From Chrysomallon squamiferum (taxonomy: Eukaryota > Animalia > Mollusca), in the NCBI GenBank assembly GCA_012295275.1, contig CM022667.1, positions 16,430,001-16,494,000 of the forward strand: DNA of 64,000 nucleotides, given 5' to 3'. A model generated the notes under the pieces. It worked only from the letters and a program-made list of their open reading frames with translations. It made no database searches and was not told the DNA's origin. Made by a program: the position numbers and the translations under genes. Positions 41,143-52,846 of the stretch are shown one piece after another (the stretch's first letter is position 1; every line of letters begins with the position of its first letter).

Positions 41143-43307
41143 TTAATTAATTATCGTTGAAACCTGCCAACTCATATCCTCACTGGGAGTTTGTCTCACT
41201 TTTCTACGATTTGTTTTGGATTTTGTCTTGGTTATGTCTTCTTTTACATGTCTTTCTCCCTCTACCAGACTTCGTCTCAGATTAACTGAACCTTTCGTGT
41301 AGCCTGTTCGCACGGAATCAAGTTCAAGAAAATATCTTTTTTCATCTATTATTGTCTTCTGTTTGATATCAAAATGCTTAACCTCTTCTTCGTCTCCAGT
41401 ACATTTCTTCATACGTCGAAGTAAGATGTTCTCTATGAAAAGAATTACCGAAAGCCTCTGCATCTTCCATTGTATGAATTTGTCTTCTGATATTAGAGCA
41501 CATGTTTGTGACATCATAGCAATGAGGGCATTGAACATCAAGACGTAAGTGAGAATCATAAAGAGTACAACAAGTGTTGTGGCCAACCAAGGCACACTTG
41601 CTTCATTGAGTACAGTAAGTTCAGGCAAACCCAGCATCATGTTAAATAAAGTTAACATAGTCATCAGAAAAGTCTGAAAATTCTCAGAATTGGTACATAC
41701 CACAGAATTGTTACTTCCCACAGAAGAGCCACATTTTATGTTAGTTGGAACAAAGAGCATGTAAATCATTGCTGTAAATGACAGATATTCGATCAATATA
41801 ATGACCGAAAAGCGAAACAGATCACTAAATAAAACCTTTTGTATCATCACGGTGAAAAAGCTGAATTTTTTAAAACTTCTAAGGAAAAATGTGAGGAACC
41901 ACCATCCAGTAAGGACTGAAAGGATAATAAGGTAGGGGGAACCAGGCTGGATGAAGTACCAAAGAGCGTCTACAAATGTTGTTAGAGAAAACAGAACCAG
42001 GAAAAGATGGTATGTCCCATTATGATGGATCCTTCTGAAATTCCACCATTTTCTTTCATAAAGAGATTTTCCTTCCATCAACAAATATAGTATAGGAATA
42101 ATCAAATTTAAGGAACCGATTGCAGTAACAAATGTTTTTTCAGTGTGTGATGAAGTTTGATTGTTCCCTGATGTCGAATATGAATGTTGTTCAGTTCTTA
42201 AAATGGCATATGATGTAATTCCAGTGATATATATGAGGTGGAAGATTCCCCACAAATAGTAATACAACCTGTACTCCAACCATTTTTTCTTTATAATCTC
42301 TCTAATGACTGGCAGCTTCACAAATCCAAATGCTGTTTCAGTGTCTAATTCGCTGATTCGTTCTAGGACCCCTTTGATTTCAGTGACCTGTAACTTATTA
42401 TATCTAGTTTGGTTGCTATTCACATTTTTTGAGTCAATGTCGATGTCGTCTGAAATATTTTTGGACGATTTCTTTTCTTCATGATTATTCTGAAGCCAAC
42501 GTAGCATTGAAACAGTGTCTATTTCAGTTATATCATACCGTTTGATGTCGAATAAGCCATCGTGTTTATGAAGTTTGCAGTAAACATCATCTAAATTTAG
42601 AATGTAGTCAAATATTTTTGTTTGACCTAGTTTTCCTGCAAGTAGTAATGGTGTATATTTTTCATAATTTGGGTAAAACCAGACAGCAATTGGATCACTT
42701 TCTTCATCAACTCCTTTCTTTTCACATTTTCCTTTGTCTAGATAGACGTTAAGGTATGCCATCATTTGAATAACCTTTTCTTCATTATTAGGATGACAAG
42801 CTGAATATTTCACAAGAGAATGGAAAACTGTATCACCATAGCTATTACGAAGTGATATTTTAGCATCGTTTTTGAGAGTAACTTGACAATTTGTTTGTTA
42901 AAATTCAGGGCTGCCACGGAAAGTGGAAGTTCTCCCATCATAACTGTGTATCTAAAGCGACTGCCAGTGGCACAAATACTCAGCAGCTGGGTTCTTGTAT
43001 CTTTATTTTCAAGCATAGCTTCTACTGCTTTAAAATTGTGTTTGCTGACTGCAATGTGAAGAGCTGTCTGCCCTTTATACTCGTGAGTTTTTGCTGTTTC
43101 GGTTAGAAGACTGGGGCAGAGATCAGCAACCTTTCTAACTAAATCATCATCGTCATCATATTTAGTTATCAGATGAAGTAAGGTTTCACCGTTTTCACGA
43201 TATCTCGCCAATTGCTTTTCACAGTCACTTTTTTTTTCAAGCTGTTCCAGTTGTTTCATCACTTCATCATTTCTACAATGAATTATGTTCCGTGCAAGCT
43301 TTTTCAT
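41143..43307 (-). CDS. TRPV-family (TRPV5/6-like) ankyrin-repeat cation channel, ~721 aa, intronless CDS with one 1-bp frameshift at ~42877
   Basis: Ankyrin motifs GETLLH, GQTALHIAV, GELPLSVAA, NSYGDTVFH and TPLLLAGKLG. Six hydrophobic segments, FTVMIQKVLFSDLFRF (S4-S5), LMFNALIAMMSQT (S6) and TRP box WKMQR. ORFs 42810-43307 and 41143-42813 join if one base is restored. Confidence 0.9.
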
Positions 43308-44554
43308 TTTTGAATTGTGGATTTCTATTTTAAAGCAGAGACTACTTACACTGAATTCAAATATGTTTTAAAAGTGCGTGATGTGTATCGATATGCCGCC
43401 TTTTCAGCAGTGTTTAAAAAATTATTATTTAAATTAATTTTCTTTCAGTCAGTTGTTCTATTTCTTCACAGAACATGTTCTTTACAGTTAGGATTATACT
43501 AAACTTTATTTATTTGTTTTATTTTCAAACTTGTAAGTGTTGCGCTCATCTTGCAGTTTGTCATATAAATTGATGGTCCTCTAATTTTCTTCAGACAGAA
43601 GTTGTTATAGATCTTTTTTGTTTTCTTAAACGTTTTTTCTCCTATTGATTGTAATTTATTTTTGTTATTTCATTTTATGTACTTTTTTTTTTTTTTAATA
43701 CTTTGATGTCATTGAACTGGATGTTTCTTGTCAGTTACAAATAGAACTATTTTTCATACGCTATCTCCTTTCCAAAAATATCAATCTGAAAGACAAGAAC
43801 AACAATATTAATTCATATTTTTGAAATGCACTTTAATAAAAGATCCTCAAAATGTAATAAACATTAATATTAAATGTATGTGGATGTATGTATCTCTGTG
43901 TCTTTGTATGTATGTATATATGTATTTATGAATATGTATGTATGTATCTAATGTATATATGTATATATTTATGTATTTATGTATGGACGGATGCGTGTTT
44001 GTATGCTTTGAATTGAGAATTTATTTAGAGGTCAGGAATTGGTGGCTTTTGTTTAATTAGAAACACTAGGGAAACAAGACATGTTAATTCTTGTCAAGTT
44101 TTCATGGACATCATTGACATTGCTGCAGCTCGTAGTTTATATTATGGCCAATAACTAATGAAAACCACGTTTATGCGAATTAGTCGTACTGAAAAAGAGC
44201 TTTGAACATATAGAGGCTGCCCAGCTTAGTGTTGTTATTTTCTAGATTGCCTCAACGTCCCAACCAATCCCAAGATCTTAGTTTGACATACAACATGAGC
44301 AGATCTCTTACGATTTTCTTACAGCGGCATTCAAACTGGAGAGAAAAGTTATTCCTGCCACCTCAGCACGACGAACCATTTGCAGGAAACTGCAAACAGA
44401 GAGGGAAATATTGCTGTATTTTCACAGTTTGCCGAATATATCTACACAACGTATATTTCCTCTGTTCCGATCATCTCGCTCTCAGCATGGAGCCTTCATC
44501 AGATCAGCGTCCTTACAAACAATTTTCACGTTTACAATGGCGCAAAAATTAGCT

Positions 44555-44990
44555 CGGTTTATTTCTCTTTCTTTAGACCGAAAGTACTTAGGAAATTATT
44601 CCAAGAGAGCTAGGACATAAACACTGTCACTGTGGCTCTCTTGAGGAACCCAGGACTGTATTGGTCAGGTGTGTGAGATGTTATCTGTGCGACTGGGGTG
44701 AAAGATATTTCAAGAAAGAAGAGAGAATATCTGGTAAGGGAGGAAGACGTGTTGGTCAATTATCTGCTTTATAATTACTATACATCATTTATAATGTTTG
44801 ACTATATTATTTATCATGTTGTACAATCATCAAAAGGAATTAAACATAAAATCGAGATCGAACTTGTGTTGTATTTTCTGTGAGGGTGTTATATGCACAT
44901 ATATACACATACAGAGACCAGTTTGAGACAGGGGACAGAAGCGCACAACAGCATTTCTCTGCTTCTGCGCTGTTGAGCGAACCAGAAGTA
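44555..44990 (+). repeat. ~450-bp dispersed direct repeat (further copies ~45508-45990, 50250-50640, 53523-54020, 57928-58360)
   Basis: Shared strings ggtttatttctctttctttagac, actgtcactg, gaggaacccagga, cgagatcgaacttgtgt and accagtttgagac. Confidence 0.8.
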
Positions 44991-45395
44991 ATTGTTACGT
45001 TTACGTTGGTTAACTCGGTTAAACTGTGCTTCGCACGATCGCATGTAGGCTTACCTCATTGAACTGATCACGATTCAAGTCGATTGCTTTCCCGCCTGCA
45101 GAGACAGAAATCGACGGCAGTTTTCAAGATAGTGAGTGGTACCCATGCACTTGTGAAAAATGTTAATATCCATCTCTTTCTTCATCGCGTTTGAGGCGCA
45201 ACCGATGAAAACAATAAGTTGAAAATACATGTAGCTTCAAGACTGTAAGTTTCATCCAAGAAAGTAACAGTTTCCGTCTGTTAGCACTTCGACGCCGTAA
45301 GAATATAAAACCAAAGCATTTCATCGCCGCATTTACTGCACACACACCTGCACCGAGCACGAGGAGGTGTGTGCGTATTTGTGTGTATTTGTGTG

Positions 45396-45437
<42 letters not shown>

Positions 45438-47299
45438 TATATAGGGACTGAACTGAAAACACCAAGCGTCATAATACAAAGATACATAAACTTCATTAAA
45501 GGTCTGAGGTTTATTTCTCTTTCTTTAGACTTGAAGTTATTCGAAGACTCATGGGACATATATATTGTAAACAGAGTCACTGGGGCTATGTTATGGAACC
45601 CAGAACAGTAATGGTTTGCCAGTATTGGTCGGGAGTGAATATGTTATCTGTGTGACTGCAGTGAAAGATAGTTCTAGAGAGAAGACAGAGTATCTACAAA
45701 GGGAGGCACACGTTTTGGCCAATTGTCTGCATTATACTATTCATCATTTATAATTGTCTATCATGTTGTACAATCATCAAGAGCAACCAAAGATATAACT
45801 GAGATCGAGCTTGTGTAGTTTTTGTCTGAGGGTGTTGTATACAGGGACCAATTTGAGACTGAGAAATGCAGAACAGCATTTCCATGCTTGTACGCCGTTG
45901 TACGAACCAGAAATCACAGTTTGAATAATGTAATTAGTCTTATACGTAATGTGTTCACTAGTGTAAACTGTTTTAATATATACTGCGTAATACACATCTT
46001 GAACTGCATTTTTGTTTCAGGATCTTTATGCACCCGTTCACAGATGGCATCGGTGAGAAGATTGTCAGTTCTCTAACCTTTTCATTTCTAAATAGACGGA
46101 GATTTGAAGAAATGCTAAACAATAGGGCACCTGGATTTTCCACTTAAAGCAGAGATACGACAAAACGATCAAATAGCAGGATAACTTCCAAAAGGAAAGT
46201 GCGAAATACTACAAGACTGGGTATTACTAACGTCTAACGAAAGCAAATATATAACTGTTTTATTGCATTTTTCAAATATTTAACATGGTGTGGAAAAATA
46301 CCTTTGAAAATGCAGATAAAGACGAACCGAAGATTATTCGTAGGAGAAGAAAGAAAGGAATGATTGCAACAGAAATGTTACTGATGAATTTAATTACGAC
46401 ATAACCATTACTCATGGAGTTACACTTTGAGAGGTGTGATGTTTCCGGGGAGTTCAGAAGTTGCCAAAATAGTGGAAGAACAGAAGATGAACGAACGTTA
46501 ATACAACATCAGTGGAAGGAGTGAAATATGTATTATGAAGTAAATTGCGTGGTGGATAAACACTGACAACATCAGGTTAATTGATATTGAACTCGTTTTT
46601 TCTTCTTTTTTCCGTGTATTTAATTGTAGATGATTATTATTATTGGCCAAACACTACGAAAGGTTGGTGATTGTGAAATGTTTGAATGTGAACGAACGGC
46701 GGCTGAGAGGTGTGATTTTATTTAGAATTTTAATATTAATTAATTGATCTATACATGACCAGTTGTTTGGTTACATGATTGGACACACTAATGGCCAGCG
46801 ATGGTCCTTAGCCAAAGCCTAGATAAATATGTGAGATAAAGAGCCCTGAGTCGCGGCAATTAAGGGCATCTGGTGAGGAAATAAATTCAAAATGAAGATT
46901 CCTGGAGAGATCAGTTGTAATGTAACAATAACAGAGTTAACCACTGATACACTGAATCCTAAAAGAAAGTTATTATTTTATTATTTCACCGAATATTTGA
47001 TAATGAATTTAAATCTAAAGTAAATATCCAATCAAATTAAAAATAATTTGTGTAAAAACTAAAAATTTAATTCACAGAAAGTATATTATGGACATGGCAC
47101 GATTCGCTTCTCATAACATGTCACTGAATTCCCAGCTGACTTTAACATATAACAGCTTTGCAAAATGGCGAAACGCTAAAAGATCAGGTGGCAGAGTTGT
47201 AGGCGGCTTTACAAGAAGAAAGGGCTGTGACTCAATGAATCAATGAGCAATTGCTCAGTAATTAACAGGTTGAAAGTTAATAATATTAAACCAATGACC

Positions 47300-49600
47300 C
47301 ATTCCCTTTATGTCGGAATCAAGATAAAGATGAATAAATTTAACGGGTCAGATAATGGCCTCACATTTAGAGATTTTCGAGATCAAGTAGAGAGGGCATT
47401 GCTACATCAGGGCCTTATTGAAATGGAGGCAGGTTAGTTTTATATTAGCTCGCTTACAAGAAGAAATTAGGTTAAGGTCACATGACCAAGAAAATCCAGA
47501 AGTGGTTGGGACGTTTTGCATAAGACGACAGAAGATAGAACATCATTGCGAATTCTCTTACTGTCTCTCTGAGTTACTGGATGGAGTGAACAGGAAAAAC
47601 GTAGCTATGGTGCCCGACAACAATAATACATTGTTGCACCAATTTGCAGAGAATGTGAGAGACCGAAGTCTACAAGAAAGAACAAAAACAATTAGTCCGG
47701 CAGAGGGATGGCATGATCTTTCTCCAGTTACGGGAAGAAGCCTTTAAACTGTTGGAAGATGTGGGATGTTCCAGCACTTTAAAACACAAAGTAACATCCA
47801 GAATAGTGGTTGCAGATGTCATCTCTTTTCTGCTAACGGATTATATAGCAGAGCTAGGCGAAACTATATCAAAACAGCAAAAGAGATAGAAAGATCGGTC
47901 TCATACTTTTATAAGTACAGCTAACTACTTCTCCACCAGCGTTAAACTTCTGAAATGGGCTGTGCCTGAAAAGGTTAAAGGTTATCTTCTTGGATATAAA
48001 TTTACCATATATACTTACAAAACCCACTAAGTCATCTTGATACCGCAAAACTGGGAGCAGGGGAGCATAGATGAGTGTCTCAGCTGGCAGCATTTGATTT
48101 TGATGTGATTTTTACTGAATGACGCCTGCTTCAGTGCACGTTGCGTTGAGAAATACTACTAGTATTGAACAGTAAGACCAGCTATACTGAGTGATGGTAG
48201 AAAAGTCAAAATACAAATTAAAAAGGAGATTGCTGCATTAGATGGATAAAGGTAGGAAAACATCCAGAGCTGAGAGAAGATTATAAGAATCTCGTTTGTT
48301 AAAACTAATCGGAAAATGGGATAGATTATTTCTTGAAAAGAATGTGCTTCACAGAAAACTAGAGGTCGCAGTTTGGGACGTATGAAGCCGATAATCTTAC
48401 CAGGCAGGACGAAGGAGAAAGTTCTCCATAGTTTAAATAATTTGACAGGACAACAAGATTTTAAAAGAAACATGAGCCTTGTTAGAAGAAGATGATACTG
48501 GTCTGCAGTGCACAAAGATGTGGAGCAATGGTGTAAAAAATGTGAAAGGTGTGCAATGGCTATTGAAACTGCTTTTGGGACATCTTATTGCTATGGGATC
48601 CTGTGATTGTAGCCTGGATTTCACAGTATTGGAGCCATCTTCAAGTGGTAAAGAAAATGTCTTAGTTATCACTGAAGTTTTTAACCAAGGTCACTGTGGA
48701 TGTTCCCTCGAAAGACCAGATGGCTGTAACCGAAAAGTGTCTTAGTGTCTGAGTGGTTTCATCAATATGGTGCACCAGATCGATTACATACTGATCAGGG
48801 TAGAAACTTCGAATCGGAGGTTACAAGTAGTTTATGGAGTGAATAACACCAGGACCACACTCTATCTCCCTGAAGGAACAGGTCAGTGTGAGAACACTGT
48901 ATCATGTATTCCTCACAGCTTCCAAAGATCGTAACAAGGAATGGTCTGAATACATACCTAAACATATGTATTCGTGAAGGTTTTAACCGCGAAATTCTTA
49001 GTGTCTGAGCGGTTTCAGTGAGATACACCAGAAGGTTTACACTCTGATCAGGGTAGAAACTTCGAATCGGAGATAATAAGTAGTTTATGGAATGAATAAA
49101 AGCAATACCACAGCCTCTCTCCCTGAAGGAACTGCTCAGTGTGAGAGATTCACCAAAACACTAAATCATCTGCTTCTCATAGTTCCCAAAGGTCGTAACA
49201 AGAAATGGCCTGAGTACATACCTCAAAAATACTTATTATTACAATGCTGCAACTCATCCTAAAAAAGACTTTTCACCATTTCTTCTGATGTTTGGAATAC
49301 ACGCTCAACTTCTAATCGACTGTCTTCTGTATGGAGACAATGTCGAGATGCTGAAGAAGATACTACCAGAATGGATACAGGAGCATCAAGAGAAGCTAGA
49401 TTGTACCTGTTGAAAAGAAGGGGAGAATACTGGCGATGAACACTGGTCATGACGAAGTGTTTACAGATAACAAAATTAGTATTTATTCTCTTATTATATA
49501 TCAGGGCAGGAAAAAGATTCACGACCACTCAGAGGTCAACTGTATAGAGTAACTGAAATGCCGGATCAAGATGAAAAAGACATCAGGCTGGTGAATAGGT
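47300..49600 (+). mobile_element. Degenerate Gypsy LTR-retrotransposon internal region (gag remnant, RNase H, integrase; PR/RT apparently deleted)
   Basis: KWAVPEKVKGYLLG..FTIYT..NPLSHL (RNase H) and GAPDRLHTDQGRNFES (integrase core, present twice, ~48770 and ~49030), plus YYYNAA; many frameshifts. Confidence 0.85.
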
Positions 49601-52251
49601 TCAGAGATGAAACAGAATTATGTTACATACAAGTAGAAATATGATTTGATGGAGGATGAACAAGTAAAGCGTGAAATGGCCAGCTTGACGATCCACATCA
49701 ACTTTTCGTGAACAATGTGGCACCATCATCTCAAGCACAAAACGTGCCAGGAGCACGCTGATACTGACTCAGCGTACCTGCCAGCAACCACTATCGAGCA
49801 GGTCCCAGATGAGAACGTTTGTCCATCTACTTTATCAAATGAAAATATTTCGATCTGACTTAGTGCTACATTAATGCAAAAGGCAGTTAAAAAGGTAAGT
49901 AGTGTTTTGAGTCAAAGAGATACGTAATAACTATGGTTACCAAACAAAATAAGTGCGGTTGATTAAGACAGTATTAAGTCTGCCTATATTGACATTTGTT
50001 TTCAAACATTAAGTCGTTTTCTGAAATTTGTAGATTAGACTTCAAAATATAATATAAGTAGATTTTAGAAATTTCTAGTTTAAAGTATCAATTGCATTTG
50101 TTTCCCAGAATAGATATATGAATATTATAATGTTTCATCATCTTATAAATGTTTTCGAGGACGTAAACGTTAAGCAGGGGAATTTGTGAGAGACTGAAGT
50201 AAAAGCACCACGTGTAACATAAAGATACATAAACACCATTAACACGTCTGCGGTTTATTTCTCTTTCTTTAGACTTAAAATACTTGTGGAATTCGTCCAA
50301 GATACTTCAGACATTAATATATGGTAAACACTGTCACTGGGGCTATCTTAAGGAACCCAGGACAGTAATGTATTATGATTTATATTGTATTATCATATAT
50401 TGTATTAATCATATATTATATTCTACAATCAACAAGAGGAATTAAAGCTATAATCGAGATCGAATTTGTGTAGGTTTTTCTGTGAGGGTGCTTTATGCAC
50501 ATATGTACACTACAGGAACCAGTTTGAGACTGGGAACAGAAGTGCACAACAGCAACTATCTGCTTGTGCGCTGTTGTACCACCAACCAGATGTCATAGTT
50601 TGAATAATGCAATTAAGCTTATATATGTTGTGTTCAATAGCATATTTAATACGTACTGCATAATACTAATCTTTCACTACATTATAAAACATACATTTTT
50701 ACACAAAAATGTCTGGGATGTATTTAAATATAACGAAATATATTATCAGTGTGAATTTCTCTGTTTGATCAGTGTCCGAAATATAAAACAGATAAAGATT
50801 CCCTGCAACATTAAAAGTATTTTAAGGATTCCATAAGGGTAGAAAGGTTGAGAAACATTGACTGTACCATGCAGAGGCAACCAGCAATATGTACTAGCAC
50901 GTACACTGTTGCTTTTGCATTTTACGGTTTCGGATTCCCTTTTCAACTGTGTTGCATATTACTGCCTTGGGTGACCCACACATTATACATTTTTGATCTA
51001 ATGCCTCGAAGAGCCGATTATTGTCCAGATTTCTTCACCTGTTTTTCTTTTCTTTCTTTTTTTCAATCGGTCTAAATTAAACAAAGGCTTTTTAATAAGT
51101 TTGCAGTGCCGACGCAATCCCATATGTTGGGTTAGGGTTACAGGTATAAACATTCATACTGCGCAGGCTCACGAAGAATGACTTCCCGTGACAAAGTAGC
51201 CTGAAACTAGTCTATTTACAAATTGATGGGGTGTGAGAGACAGGTTGTTATGGGCGACATGAATAGCTTCGTAGGAGACTTTAAACTTTGGCAACTAACA
51301 TGAACATATTTCGAATTAGATGGTATAATGGCCATAGAAAACGGTGCGTGAAATTTACAGTTGAACGATTCAAATTAAAAGGAGTGCAACAACCCGGATA
51401 AAGTCTTTGTGATTCATGCCTAAGGGTTTTGATAACGCCAGATTAAAATACTATCTCGTGAAAGGTACAAACAAAACATTTCTCGAATGGATACGTGCTT
51501 ATGTCCATGACCATAAAAGAGCGTGCTGCCTGTCGTGGATTTTTGTATACTTGTAGAGCACAAAAAAGTTATGGCATCGATGACTGAAAAAAGAACATAA
51601 TTGTCAGTTTTATTTGGTTCCGCAGACTGAATAATTTTTAAAATAAAATCATAATTGTAATAATTGTTTTCCTTTCCTAGATGTTTGGTTCCGTCCCTAT
51701 TCCTAGTTGACGTCGTTCATCTTTTAAAATAAAATCAAACGTTCAATCCTCAGACTTGTTACTTGTTTTGGTACAGTTATCCAGATGTTGTGACAGTTGA
51801 TTGCTTTTGTCCCAGTTTGCAAGTATTCAGGGTCAGTATATAGTCTACATTTCTAGCAGTGGCCACATGTGCATTAGAATACGAAATACCTCTGTTGGCT
51901 AAGCGCTTTATATTAGACACTGACGGAAAGTGATTATCGTTTCTAGGCAGTTAGTGTGACGCAAATGGCTGTTACTAAGGCTTACCAGTTAACTCAATGT
52001 ATTTTTCGCATTTTTCAGAGCAGACAAATGCAAATAAGAACTATATATATATATATATGTAAGTCTAAATACGAAATCCATTTATATTTCTGGTTTATTC
52101 TATATACAATTTTAAATACTTTTGTGCTTAAAATAAAGTTTGGGTATACAAAACTGTCCTAAAATAGTAAAATACAATCATTTCTCTGCTCGGAAAAAGT
52201 TTCGGTAGAGGGAGCCTTTCGGATTTCGGAATATATATATACACACACACA

Positions 52252-52299
<48 letters not shown>

Positions 52300-52732
52300 T
52301 ATATATATAGCATTTTAAAAAAAACTGATTTAGACATGTTGAGTGATGCAAACCTACAAAAATCTAATACTGTATATTCATAACCAAAACAACTAATAAT
52401 CATAATAAAATTAACTGAAATGCACAAGCACTGCAAACAGATACCAGCTCATTTATCTTTAACAGAGTCCCAAGATAATATATCATTAAAATCAATTTAA
52501 TATTTGCTGTTGCAAGAATATTTTCGAATTTCCGACGGATAATCAACTAATATTTATCAAATTCGCACATACATAAAGAAAAACAAAATCAAGTCTTACC
52601 ATTCTGCATGTTGTTCCAATTATTTGAACAGTTGAACTTCAGTGTTTTTATGTATAATGCGCGCAGAAAAAACATCTATGTATGTATGTTTATCAGTTGT
52701 CATAGGTTACAATTTTGTTTTGCAAATGGATC

Positions 52733-52846
52733 GAAACTTGATCGATACTGACAGGTGAACCAGGCGTTACCTGTAGGCGTTTTGTTTCAGAAACTTGATC
52801 GATACTGACAGGTGAACCAGGCGTTACCTGTAGGCGCTTTGTTTCA
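52733..52846 (+). repeat. 57-bp tandem repeat x2
   Basis: gaaacttgatcgatactgacaggtgaaccaggcgttacctgtaggcg... at 52733 and 52790. Confidence 0.9.

Noticed and set aside
42860-42890. Programmed ribosomal frameshift in TRPV
   Set aside because: No convincing downstream stimulatory structure; a simple missing base in CTCTC restores the ankyrin consensus more parsimoniously.
44229-44620. Overlapping ORFs duplicated at 53208-53644
   Set aside because: An 8-bp indel between the near-identical copies shifts frames; no protein motif.
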